Assembly: GCA_903827945.1 (NCBI GenBank)
Contig: CAIKKN010000009.1
Span: forward strand, 52,046-116,045
DNA length: 64,000 nt
Origin: an uncultured Actinomycetes bacterium
Lineage (GTDB): Bacteria; Actinomycetota; Actinomycetes; Nanopelagicales; Nanopelagicaceae
Reading direction: 5' to 3'
Shown: one piece after another, positions 16,518 to 25,790 of the stretch
How the letters are laid out: the number at the start of each line of letters is the position of its first letter
How positions within the stretch are numbered: the first letter of the stretch is position 1
The notes under the pieces: generated by a model
Databases searched by the model: none
What the model saw: the letters and a program-made list of their open reading frames with translations, nothing else
Told to the model about the DNA's origin: nothing
Program-made: the position numbers and the translations under genes

Positions 16518-19500
16518 CTAGTGATCCAACCCACTGCAGATGGGCTTTGGTCCTCCATTAACGTTTCCGTAGCGATGATAAGTAATTGCAACGGATTGTT
16601 CTAGCAACCAACGCGGAGCTTCGATATCACCGCGTTGTGCCACAGGTCGAGTATCGAGTGACACGCCTTTTGCCATCAACTCCGCGCCCGGTGCTGTTTC
16701 ACTGGAAAGCCAGCGAACTTTAAATTGAGATCGCGAGATAAGTTCATCAAAGCTCTCGGCACTTGCCGTGCTCCACAATACTTCTGTACCGGTAATTTGC
16801 GCGATGTAGTTGATAAGTGAAATATCTTCATTTGAAGTCGAGTCATCTACTCGAACGATAATCGGCGCCAATGGCTTGCGATAGCGCTGGTAATTCTTCT
16901 CGACAGACAGCCCGGTAGCGTCAATTGCCTTGCTTCCAACCTTCTTCCACCATTCGTCTACCGACCATTTCGCGGCACGTGAATCTTGCAATGGAGACCA
17001 ATTGCGAAGTGCATGCACATAATTTGGGCCACCTGCTTTTGCGTTCGCGCCCACACTTGATCGCTTCCATCCGCCAAATGGTTGGCGTTGCACGATGGCG
17101 CCAGTAATTCCCCGGTTGATATATAGATTTCCCGCTTCAACAGAATCCATCCAAAGTGCACATTCATCTGCATCAAGTGAATGAATGCCTGCAGTCAATC
17201 CGAAATTCGTAGCGTTCTGCCATTCGATTGCAGTCTTCAGGTTTGGAGCAACCATCAATCCAAGCACTGGTCCGAACCATTCATTTTGATGGCTCCATGA
17301 GCCAGCTTTAATTCCAACTTTGACGCCAGGGCTCCAAAGCGTTCCTGCATCATCTAGCTGCTTTGGTTCAACCAACCATGACTCACCGTCATCAAGTGTT
17401 GTCAGTGCACGCAAAAGAGCACCTTCTGGCTTGCGGATGACCGCGCCGACTGTTGTCCCGAAGTCCCATCCTGCTCCAACTTTCAGAGTAGTAACGTCAT
17501 CAATGAGTTGTCGAATAAATGATGGATCCTTGTAAATGCTCTCCACAATAATTCCAAGAGAAGCGGCGCTACATTTTTGTCCTGCGTGCCCAAAGGCTGA
17601 TTGCACCAGGTCTTTCACTGCCGCATCGATATCAGCACACGCTGAAACTACGAGAGAGTTCTTACCACTTGTCTCTGCGAGAAGATTCAAATCAGATTTC
17701 CAACCTACAAACATATTTGCTGTTTCAAAAGCTCCGGTCAAAATAAGAGCTTGAACGCCATCATGGGTTACAAGGTGTTTTCCTGAATCATCGTCTCGGG
17801 TGGGAACAAATTGAAGGGCGTCATGTGGAACTCCACCTTCCCAAAGCTGCTGGGCCAATAGCCAAGCCGTTGCGACAGTTTCTGGGGCTGGCTTCAAAAT
17901 CACTGTATTTCCAGCTGCAAGGGCTGCGCAAACACCACCGGCTGGAATTGCGTATGGGAAGTTCCAAGGCGGAACAACAAGTACAACACCCATAGGTTTT
18001 GAGTCATTGTTTTCGACTCCAGTAGATGCGTAATAACGTGCAAAATCAATTGCTTCACTTACTTCAGGGTCAGCTTCTGAGACAGTCTTCCCGGCATCTC
18101 TAGACATAACCGCAATTGTGCGTGCACGTTGGGCATGCATAACGCTGGCAACGTTGAAAAGAATCTCCTGGCGCTCTGCAACACTCTTTGCGCCCCAAGA
18201 TGCCAAACCTTTTGCAGCAACTGAAACTGCCTTGTCAATGATCTTCTCGTTTGCTACGCAGTACGAATACCAAACAGTGCCATTGTCTCCAGGATCAGTT
18301 CCGTCCTCACACTGATTAGTCGTTACTTCATCGCCATTTATGACAATTGGAATTGTCATGTCATGTTTGCGAACGCGAGCAATTTCCTCTGTAATAGCCT
18401 TTATGTATGTAGGTTCTGTTGGATCGCCAGAGGATTGATTATGGAATGTTGAATAATCAACTGGATCTGGTTGGTGCCTTCGCGATTTAGTTGAAATCGC
18501 GTGGCGTTCGCGAACAGAATTCTCAAACCGAAGTTTCTGTTCTGCAAACTTCTTCGGGTTGCTTCCAATTTCAAATGCAGCCTTGAGATAATTTTCATCT
18601 GATGTGTTCTCATCCAAACGGCGAACAAGGTAGGCAACCGCAGACGCAAAATCATCTTTGTTTGTGACGGGAGTGTAAAAAAGAACATGGTGACCAGAAC
18701 GGGTTACAGCCAATGCTTCAGCATTCGCCATTCCTTCGAGCATTTCGATATCAAGCTGGTGTAAAACACCACGTGACCTAGCGACTTCAATCGCCCACGT
18801 TAAGTGAAATAGATTGTGAGAGGCGATTCCTATTCGAACAGCATGGGCATGTTCTGGGCGAAGTGCCACATCCACTAAACGCGAATAACTAGCGTCCACA
18901 TCTGACTTTGAGCCATAAGGGGCTGGAATGTATCCGTGCAACTCTCCCTCGGCCTTCTCCATCGCCAAGTTTGCACCTTTAACAAGACGAACCTTGATCG
19001 TGCCGCCTTGATCTTTGTGACGTTCCACAGCGAATGCCACAAGATCAGCGAATGCAGCATGTGATTCAGGAAGATATGCCTGCAAAACAATTCCAGCATG
19101 AATGTGGAGAAAGTTTTGTTCAGATAAAACACGCTTGAACGCATCAACTGTCAGTGCCAAATCGCGGAACTCTTCCATATCTAGATTGATGAAAGTTCCA
19201 TGTTCGTCGGCGGCCGTGTATATGGTTCGAAGTTTCGCACAAACTTTCTCGAGCGAACCGCTGTGATCGATTGTAATCATCTGGGCGACAACAGCTGAAA
19301 GTTTTACCGATATGTAATCAACTTCTGGGCGAGTGATCATTTCGAGAAGTCTTTCAAATCTTTCATCTGCTTCTCGTTGTCCAAGTACGGCTTCGCCAAG
19401 AACATTTATATTCAGACGAATTCCTTCTTCTTTTCGCTTTCCGAGGTGCTTGGAGAGTCGGTCTTGTTCTGCGGGAAGAATCAAATCTTTAGATAGCGCC

Positions 19501-19856
19501 CGCACGCGCTGATGAACCAGACGAACAACTAATCCAGGAAGCGCTATGGCGACAATGCGAATAAATTTCAACCCAAAAGCATTGAACGGCCCGAATCCCT
19601 TTACTGATGCTTTCTTCGCTGCATGATTAAAAATTGTGATGGCCTCGCGCATCGAGTGAATACGCATAACTTCGTCAGTCAAAGTAATAGTCACTTCAAT
19701 AGCTTTAGGATCCTTAAAAAGTCGACCAAAGCGCTTGCGATTCGCTTTCTCTCTGCGATTGCGAAGCTTTTCCGAAGTTTCAATCAATTCACGAGCGCGC
19801 TCCACAGAAGTTGTAGCAGTTTTGTCGATTGATTCATCGGTAAGCAGCGGTTCCAC
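16518..19856 (-). CDS. putA: bifunctional proline dehydrogenase / L-glutamate gamma-semialdehyde (P5C) dehydrogenase
   Basis: 1112 aa. The N-terminal half is proline-dehydrogenase-like. The C-terminal half is aldehyde dehydrogenase, with EPKQ-type GGKN (ETSGKNS) and catalytic-Cys (GQKCSA) motifs. No RHH DNA-binding domain is evident. Confidence 0.93.
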   Translation of the reverse strand: MEPLLTDESIDKTATTSVERARELIETSEKLRNRREKANRKRFGRLFKDPKAIEVTITLTDEVMRIHSMREAITIFNHAAKKASVKGFGPFNAFGLKFIRIVAIALPGLVVRLVHQRVRALSKDLILPAEQDRLSKHLGKRKEEGIRLNINVLGEAVLGQREADERFERLLEMITRPEVDYISVKLSAVVAQMITIDHSGSLEKVCAKLRTIYTAADEHGTFINLDMEEFRDLALTVDAFKRVLSEQNFLHIHAGIVLQAYLPESHAAFADLVAFAVERHKDQGGTIKVRLVKGANLAMEKAEGELHGYIPAPYGSKSDVDASYSRLVDVALRPEHAHAVRIGIASHNLFHLTWAIEVARSRGVLHQLDIEMLEGMANAEALAVTRSGHHVLFYTPVTNKDDFASAVAYLVRRLDENTSDENYLKAAFEIGSNPKKFAEQKLRFENSVRERHAISTKSRRHQPDPVDYSTFHNQSSGDPTEPTYIKAITEEIARVRKHDMTIPIVINGDEVTTNQCEDGTDPGDNGTVWYSYCVANEKIIDKAVSVAAKGLASWGAKSVAERQEILFNVASVMHAQRARTIAVMSRDAGKTVSEADPEVSEAIDFARYYASTGVENNDSKPMGVVLVVPPWNFPYAIPAGGVCAALAAGNTVILKPAPETVATAWLLAQQLWEGGVPHDALQFVPTRDDDSGKHLVTHDGVQALILTGAFETANMFVGWKSDLNLLAETSGKNSLVVSACADIDAAVKDLVQSAFGHAGQKCSAASLGIIVESIYKDPSFIRQLIDDVTTLKVGAGWDFGTTVGAVIRKPEGALLRALTTLDDGESWLVEPKQLDDAGTLWSPGVKVGIKAGSWSHQNEWFGPVLGLMVAPNLKTAIEWQNATNFGLTAGIHSLDADECALWMDSVEAGNLYINRGITGAIVQRQPFGGWKRSSVGANAKAGGPNYVHALRNWSPLQDSRAAKWSVDEWWKKVGSKAIDATGLSVEKNYQRYRKPLAPIIVRVDDSTSNEDISLINYIAQITGTEVLWSTASAESFDELISRSQFKVRWLSSETAPGAELMAKGVSLDTRPVAQRGDIEAPRWLLEQSVAITYHRYGNVNGGPKPICSGLDH

Positions 19857-19882
19857 GGTGTCCCAGTCTCTTGTTATAAAGT

Positions 19883-19904
19883 GTTCACCTAATCATCACC
19901 TAAA
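19883..19904 (+). promoter_or_regulatory. Candidate PHO box: two adjacent 11-nt direct repeats GTTCACCTAAT / CATCACCTAAA in the putA/FAD-oxidase divergent region
   Basis: TCACCTAA is repeated with exact 11-nt periodicity. The first unit carries the full GTTCACC core. The site lies 32 nt (ATG 19936) or 53 nt (ATG 19957) upstream of the oxidase gene. Confidence 0.45.
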
Positions 19905-19956
19905 AAGCAGCCTCAGCGCATCAGTACTTCACAAAATGAGCGTTAAATCTCTCACC

Positions 19957-21072
19957 ATGAAGCGGATTCTCGTAGTTGGCGGGGGGATTATCGGTTCTAT
20001 GCATGCCTACCTGGCGCTGAAAGCCGGACATGAAGTAATTCAGGTAGAACGCGACGAGGTCCCTAGCTCAGCCTCGGTTCGAAATTTTGGCCTTGTCTGG
20101 GTGAGCGGTCGTGAAAAAGGTGCAGAGCTTGAGCTTGCACTTCGAGCAAGAGAACTTTGGGGCGAAATTGGTTTAGAAGCTTCCATTGGATTTCGTGCTA
20201 ACGGTTCGCTAACAGTGGCCCAAAGTGATGTTGAATTTTCTCTCATGCAAGAAGCTGCCGCCATGCCTGATGCTGATCAGCGAGGTTTTGAAATTCTTCA
20301 CAAGCGTGAAGTTCAAGCTTTAGAACCAATGCTTGCGGGAAATTACATCGGCGCTCTTCGGTGCACAACCGATGCTGCCGTTGAGCCACTCCTTTTGCTT
20401 ACAGGATTAAGAGATTTCATGAAAAGAAGTGAGCGCTATACGTGGATTCCAAATTTTGATGTAGATAGCTTTACACATAACGAAAGCGGAAACCATATTT
20501 CGGATGTAACTGGGAAAACTATTTCCGGTGATTTCTTGGTTCTTTGTCCTGGCGCGGCGCATTCTGGCTTTCTTTCAGAGTACTTCAAAGATGCGCAAAT
20601 CCGAAAAGTATTTTTGCAAATGGGTGCCACGGTTCCAGTTGCTGAAAAACTTGGACACTCAGTAGCAGATGCGGACTCCATGCGTTATTACCCTGGCTTT
20701 AAGGATCTGTCGTTAGATCGTCTTCCTCCACAGTCAGAGCTTGCTCACGAGCATCACATGCAATTGTTGTTGGCTCCGCGATTCGATGGTTCATTTACAA
20801 TCGGTGATACGCATCTCTACAAAGAACCGTTTTCACATGAAATTATCGAAGAACCATACGAACACTTGAGTAAAGTCATCGCAAATATTTTTGGCCGTGA
20901 ATTCAAGATTGGCAAACGTTGGAGTGGGGTTTACAGTCAATCAACAAGCTCAGAAATCTATTTTCGCCGCGAAGTTGCACCTAGAGCGGTCATCGTGACT
21001 GGCGCAGGCGGCCGAGGAAATACTCTTTCACCAGCTATCGCAGAGGAGACAATCAAATCATGGGCGCTATAA
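19957..21072 (+). CDS. DAO-family FAD-dependent oxidoreductase of the type linked to phosphonatase-like genes (TIGR03364-like)
   Basis: Dinucleotide fold MKRILVVGGGIIGSMHAYLALKAGHEVIQVERD. The in-frame ATG 19936 is an alternative start. The ORF-track start 19735 overlaps putA. 13-nt overlap with the downstream PhnX-like gene. Confidence 0.8.
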   Translation: MKRILVVGGGIIGSMHAYLALKAGHEVIQVERDEVPSSASVRNFGLVWVSGREKGAELELALRARELWGEIGLEASIGFRANGSLTVAQSDVEFSLMQEAAAMPDADQRGFEILHKREVQALEPMLAGNYIGALRCTTDAAVEPLLLLTGLRDFMKRSERYTWIPNFDVDSFTHNESGNHISDVTGKTISGDFLVLCPGAAHSGFLSEYFKDAQIRKVFLQMGATVPVAEKLGHSVADADSMRYYPGFKDLSLDRLPPQSELAHEHHMQLLLAPRFDGSFTIGDTHLYKEPFSHEIIEEPYEHLSKVIANIFGREFKIGKRWSGVYSQSTSSEIYFRREVAPRAVIVTGAGGRGNTLSPAIAEETIKSWAL

Positions 21073-21752
21073 AACTCGTTGTTTTTGATGTAGCAGGCAC
21101 GACCGCAAAGGATGACGGCCTTGTTGTGAAGGCTTTTCGTGAATCAATGATTGAGCAAGGAATTGAGCGTGGATCCGCAGACTTGGCAGCCATGGAGAAA
21201 TATGTGATTGACACTATGGGTCAACGAAAAATGGATGTTTTTATGCACTTATGTGAGGGCGACGCGATTGCGGCCCAAGCCACTCACGAGATATTTATTG
21301 AGCAATACAACAACCTGGTGGCTAACGGTGAATTAGAAGAGTTTGAAGGCATTTCTCAACTCTTTGCAACTTTGCGCGCGAGCAACATTGGAGTGGCCAT
21401 CACGACAGGATTTCCTCGTGAGTTATTGACTGCAATCTTGAACGATCTCGATTGGCGCGATCGCATTGATCTCAGTGTGGCGTCGGATGAAGTCGCCGCG
21501 GGACGTCCAGCTCCTGACATGATTTTCCGTTCCATTGACTTGTATCGCAATCTTTCAAATCAGGAAATTGAACCAAGCAACGTAATAGTTGTTGGTGATA
21601 CGCAATCAGATATGGAAAGTGGAGTGAGCGCAGGTGCACGCTTTGTCGTCGGCGTAACTTCAGGGGCTCACAACGAGCTACAGCTAAAGGCGGCCGGTGC
21701 AACCCATGTGTTTACCGGAGCGGCTCAGTTGTTATCTCTTGTTAACGATTAA
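21060..21752 (+). CDS. phosphonatase-like HAD hydrolase (PhnX-like, TIGR03351-like)
   Basis: Motif I is DxAGT (VVFDVAGTT) rather than DxDxT. Cap-domain Lys in TMGQRKMD. Arg-type motif III AAGRPAPD. Motif IV VGDTQSDMESG. These are the deviations that distinguish phosphonoacetaldehyde-hydrolase-type enzymes from generic HADs. Confidence 0.8.
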   Translation: MGAIKLVVFDVAGTTAKDDGLVVKAFRESMIEQGIERGSADLAAMEKYVIDTMGQRKMDVFMHLCEGDAIAAQATHEIFIEQYNNLVANGELEEFEGISQLFATLRASNIGVAITTGFPRELLTAILNDLDWRDRIDLSVASDEVAAGRPAPDMIFRSIDLYRNLSNQEIEPSNVIVVGDTQSDMESGVSAGARFVVGVTSGAHNELQLKAAGATHVFTGAAQLLSLVND

Positions 21753-21864
21753 TTTACCTAGAACCCAAGAGTTAACCGACTAGTCGTCCAAATCAACCTT
21801 GCTTATTACCCCCGCTTTAACTTGCAGGTCTTTGATGCAACTACCAATCTCATAAGGGGGATTT

Positions 21865-23049
21865 ATGCGCAAGCGTTTACTTACAGGAGTTATCGCAGCC
21901 ACCGTGGCCGTAACTTCTTTAGTAGCAGTATCTAGCTCACAGGCAGCATCGATTGATTATTCCAAGTGCACAGACCTTAAGTCATGTGGCGGAATGGATG
22001 CTCTAGTAAAGGCAGCACAAAAAGAAGGCAAGCTCAATGTCATTACCATTCCTCGCGACTGGGCAAATTACGGAGAAGCACTTGACCTCTTCACAAAGGC
22101 TTTCGGAATCAAAATCGCTGATGACAATCCAGATGGATCTTCAGCATACGAAATTCAAACAGTAAAGACAGCTCCTAAGTCAAAGGCTCCAGATGCAGTT
22201 GACGTAGGTATCACATACGGCGCAGATAACGTAAACCTTTTTGCTCCTTACAAGGTTGCAACATGGAAAGATATTCCTGCACAGTGGAAAGAAGCTTCAG
22301 GACGTTGGGCTGGCGATTACTACGGCCAGATCGCACTTGCTTATGACACCTCAGTTACAAAAGCTCCTAAGTCATTTGCTGATCTGAAAGATCCTGCATT
22401 CAAGGGTCAAGTTGCTATTGGTGGAGATCCAACCGGCGCACAGGAAGCTTTGATGTCAGTATTCGCAGCGAATCTTGCTTCAGGTGGAACACCTGCAAAT
22501 ATCCAACCTGGCATTGATTACTTCAAGGGCCTCAAGGCTTCAGGTAACTTCGTTTCAGTTCTTGCAAACGGACAGAACCTCGCAGCTGGTGCCTACAAAG
22601 TTTCATTCTCATGGGACTTCAATGGCCCAGGAGCAATTGCTTCTGCAGCAAAGATCGGTAAGACCATCAAGTATGTAATTCCTACTGATGCTGTCATCAA
22701 GGGAACTCCATACATTATGGCGATTCCATTCAATGCTCCACACCCAGCAGCAGCTCGCTTGTGGTCTGAATTCCTATACTCACAGAACAAGGGCAAGACA
22801 TCAGCAACTCTTGGATCTGTAAAGGGCCTTTCAGGAAGCAAGATTTTCGCTTCAATTCAAGGTGGACAGAACATCTGGATTTCAGGTGCAGCTCACCCAA
22901 TCACAGAAGCAGCTATGAAGACAAAGGGCTTGGCAATTAACCCACCAGCAGGATTTGAAACTCCAGCAGGCGCAACGGTTGTTCTCCCAACACCAGATCA
23001 GCAAACAGCTGCTAAGGAACTTCTAAAGACACAATGGCCAAACCTCTAG
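21865..23049 (+). CDS. ABC transporter solute-binding protein (family 1; aminoalkylphosphonate/iron-type)
   Basis: 394 aa. Signal peptide MRKRLLTGVIAATVAVTSLVAVSSSQAAS. SD AAGGGGGA precedes the ATG. Confidence 0.85.
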   Translation: MRKRLLTGVIAATVAVTSLVAVSSSQAASIDYSKCTDLKSCGGMDALVKAAQKEGKLNVITIPRDWANYGEALDLFTKAFGIKIADDNPDGSSAYEIQTVKTAPKSKAPDAVDVGITYGADNVNLFAPYKVATWKDIPAQWKEASGRWAGDYYGQIALAYDTSVTKAPKSFADLKDPAFKGQVAIGGDPTGAQEALMSVFAANLASGGTPANIQPGIDYFKGLKASGNFVSVLANGQNLAAGAYKVSFSWDFNGPGAIASAAKIGKTIKYVIPTDAVIKGTPYIMAIPFNAPHPAAARLWSEFLYSQNKGKTSATLGSVKGLSGSKIFASIQGGQNIWISGAAHPITEAAMKTKGLAINPPAGFETPAGATVVLPTPDQQTAAKELLKTQWPNL

Positions 23050-23074
23050 TTCGTTAGATCTAGATAGGGGAGAA

Positions 23075-23932
23075 GTGGGAGACATGAGATTTAAGAAATA
23101 CTCATGGCTTCCACTTCTTCCTTTTTTTCTGTTTACTGGATATTTCTTACTCTGGCCGATTTTGGGAGTGACTCTTAGATCTCTGCATGATAATCATGGA
23201 AATTGGTCTCTCAGTAACTACACCCCACTTTTATCCGGCGCTTACCGCCACGCATTTGTTACAAGCATTCGTCTCAGCGTCATAACATCGGTTATTAGTT
23301 CTCTCCTTGGTGCTTTTTTCACATTAGTAATTGTTAAGAACGCTAGTTCAAGACTTACATCAATCATTGAGAGCGTTGCTGCAGTATTTGCAAACTCAGG
23401 TGGTGTGCCACTCGCATTTATGTATATTGCGGCATTTGGCGCCGAAGGTATGTTTACCAAGATTCTTAAATTTTTCGGCTGGGATATTTATGCCGGCCAC
23501 TTCACCTTATTTTCATTTACTGGCGTTGTGCTGGTTTATACATTCTTTATGACTCCACTCATGATTATTGTCTTTAGACCCGCGATCTTAGGATTGCGAA
23601 AGGAATGGTCTGAGGCAAGCCTCAATCTTGGCGCAACGAATCTGACATATTGGCGGCGAGTTGCAATACCAATTCTGACCCCGTCATTCATCGGGTCCTT
23701 TTTCTTACTTTTTGCCGGAGCATTCTCCGCTTATGCCACCGCTCGTGCGTTAACAGTGGGAACAGTGCCACTGGTACCAATCATCATTGGAACTCTTGTT
23801 GACGGAAATGTCATTTCTGATCAAGCAAATCTTGGAGATGCCCTTGCTGTAGGAATGATCTTTGTTGCGGGCATTGCCATGATTGGATATATATGGGCAC
23901 AACGTTCCGCAGCGAAATGGCGGCAGTCATGA
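23075..23932 (+). CDS. ABC transporter permease
   Basis: 285 aa and multi-TM. EAA-like loop (WSEASLNLGATNLTYWRRVAIP). GTG start 5 nt after GGGGAG. Confidence 0.88.
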   Translation: MGDMRFKKYSWLPLLPFFLFTGYFLLWPILGVTLRSLHDNHGNWSLSNYTPLLSGAYRHAFVTSIRLSVITSVISSLLGAFFTLVIVKNASSRLTSIIESVAAVFANSGGVPLAFMYIAAFGAEGMFTKILKFFGWDIYAGHFTLFSFTGVVLVYTFFMTPLMIIVFRPAILGLRKEWSEASLNLGATNLTYWRRVAIPILTPSFIGSFFLLFAGAFSAYATARALTVGTVPLVPIIIGTLVDGNVISDQANLGDALAVGMIFVAGIAMIGYIWAQRSAAKWRQS

Positions 23933-24717
23933 AAATTGGAAAATATTCGGTCAATGCATTTTCACTCTTCTTGGCGGGAACAATCTTTTTCCTCCCGTTG
24001 GTCGCTGCAGCAGAATTTAGTTTTAGAAAGCCGGGAGGCAAAGGTCACTCTTTTGTTAACTACACCTGGCTCCTTCAACAGGATGGTTTCTGGCCGGCTC
24101 TAGGTGCTTCGTTCCGCTTAGCAGTTCTATCTGGAGCGCTCAATCTGATTTTGATGGTTCCCACAATGGTTGTGCTGAATCTGAAAGCGAAGCGTTTCAA
24201 GTCAATTGTAGATTTCATTTGCATTCTTCCACTCATTATTCCAGTCGTATCTCTTGCAATTGGCGCACAGGTTTCGATGCCAGAATTCCTACAAAATACA
24301 GATTACGAACTTGTCTTCTTTTTTGTGATTGTTGCTCTTCCTTACACTTACCGAGCACTCGATTCTGCAATTAGCGCTGTAGATATTAAAGTCTTAGTTG
24401 AGGCATCTAGAAGCCTTGGAGCTAGCTGGTTCTCGACAATCATGAAGGTAATAATTCCTGCGATACGTACAGGAATCATCGGCTCCCTATTTCTCTCATT
24501 CGCCTTGGCAGTTGGAGAATTTACTTTGACTTCACTTCTTCACTGGGACACATTTCCTACTTGGACAGTCGTCGCAGCGCAGCAAAATATTCTGGGAGCG
24601 ATTGCGATTTCTGTCTTTTCTTTTGCACTCGCAATCTTTGTCCTGACATCAGTCGGAATATTGTCCGCGCGAAAGAAGAGTTTGAATTTAGTAATAGAAA
24701 CAGAAGAGGTGGAATAA
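23929..24717 (+). CDS. ABC transporter permease
   Basis: Start moved to ATG 23929 (ATGA overlap with the upstream stop). EAA-like loop (LVEASRSLGASWFSTIMKVIIP). Confidence 0.88.
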   Translation: MKIGKYSVNAFSLFLAGTIFFLPLVAAAEFSFRKPGGKGHSFVNYTWLLQQDGFWPALGASFRLAVLSGALNLILMVPTMVVLNLKAKRFKSIVDFICILPLIIPVVSLAIGAQVSMPEFLQNTDYELVFFFVIVALPYTYRALDSAISAVDIKVLVEASRSLGASWFSTIMKVIIPAIRTGIIGSLFLSFALAVGEFTLTSLLHWDTFPTWTVVAAQQNILGAIAISVFSFALAIFVLTSVGILSARKKSLNLVIETEEVE

Positions 24718-24719
24718 AA

Positions 24720-25790
24720 ATGGCAAAGCAACGATCTAGTAGCACTCTCAAGCTCGAAGGTGTTAGTCGCGCTTTTGGAACCACCCTTGCCTTAGATGGC
24801 TTAGACCTAACGGTTGAACCTGGCGAGCTTGTAGCTCTTCTCGGACCATCTGGGTGCGGAAAGACGACTGCGCTTCGAATTGTTGCAGGTCTTGAAACCG
24901 CTGACAGTGGTTCACTTCTCGTAAACGGGGTTCGGTATAACGAAACTCCGGTAAATGAACGAGATATGGGAATGGTCTTTCAGGCGTATTCACTCTTCCC
25001 AAATATGACTGTTGCAGAAAATATTGACTACGGCCTTCGCGCTCGAAAGATGGATCTTGCGAAGCGGATGAAGCAAGTGCGTAAGATGCTTCAACTAGTT
25101 GATCTTGAAGAGAAGAGCACTCGCTACCCCCACCAATTATCGGGTGGTCAACAGCAACGCGTTGCACTTGCCCGAGCACTTGCTATCGAACCGACTGTTC
25201 TATTACTCGATGAACCACTTTCCGCTCTTGATGCTCAAGTACGTTCACAAATTCGTGAGGAAATTCGCGCGATTCAGTTGGAGCTAGGAATCACAACTTT
25301 GTTTGTAACCCACGACCAAGAAGAAGCAATGGCAATCGCTGATCGCGTCGGTGTGATGAATAAAGGAAAATTAGAACAAATTGATAAGCCAACAATTCTC
25401 TACAACGAACCAGCAACTCCTTTTGTTGCATCATTTGTTGGGCAAGCAAACCGACTTCCTGCGACTATCACCGGTAAAGGTAATGTGAAAGTACTTCACC
25501 AAAAGATTTCACTTTCAAGGCATTCTTCCGATCTTCGTGACGGATTACCGGTAGAGGCGCTTATTCGCCCGGAGTCGATCACTTTAACCTCCGAGCAGGA
25601 TGAGGATGCAACTAACGGCTTGCTTATTTCTAAGTCATTCCTTGGCCCACTGACCAAGTTGGGTATCGCAGTCGAAGGCTTACCAATCGTGCATATCAAC
25701 TCACAAAGTAAAGATGTTAAAAGCCTAGAAATTGGCGACCGGATTTCATTCAAAATTGTTGCTGATGAAATCATGGCAAGAAATGTCTAA
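24720..25790 (+). CDS. ABC transporter ATP-binding protein
   Basis: Start at ATG 24720 after SD GAAGAGGTGG. Walker A GPSGCGKTT, signature LSGGQQQRVALARAL, Walker B LLLDEP. The ORF-track start 24561 lies inside the permease gene. Confidence 0.92.
   Translation: MAKQRSSSTLKLEGVSRAFGTTLALDGLDLTVEPGELVALLGPSGCGKTTALRIVAGLETADSGSLLVNGVRYNETPVNERDMGMVFQAYSLFPNMTVAENIDYGLRARKMDLAKRMKQVRKMLQLVDLEEKSTRYPHQLSGGQQQRVALARALAIEPTVLLLDEPLSALDAQVRSQIREEIRAIQLELGITTLFVTHDQEEAMAIADRVGVMNKGKLEQIDKPTILYNEPATPFVASFVGQANRLPATITGKGNVKVLHQKISLSRHSSDLRDGLPVEALIRPESITLTSEQDEDATNGLLISKSFLGPLTKLGIAVEGLPIVHINSQSKDVKSLEIGDRISFKIVADEIMARNV

Noticed and set aside
19735-19935. Upstream extension of the FAD oxidase ORF overlapping the putA start, and similar extensions at 24561, 25732, 56647-58080, 60937, 52525 and 8477
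   Set aside because: The extensions overlap neighbouring genes, add sequence with no family motifs, and internal starts have SD sequences or ATGA/TAATG coupling. I moved the starts accordingly.
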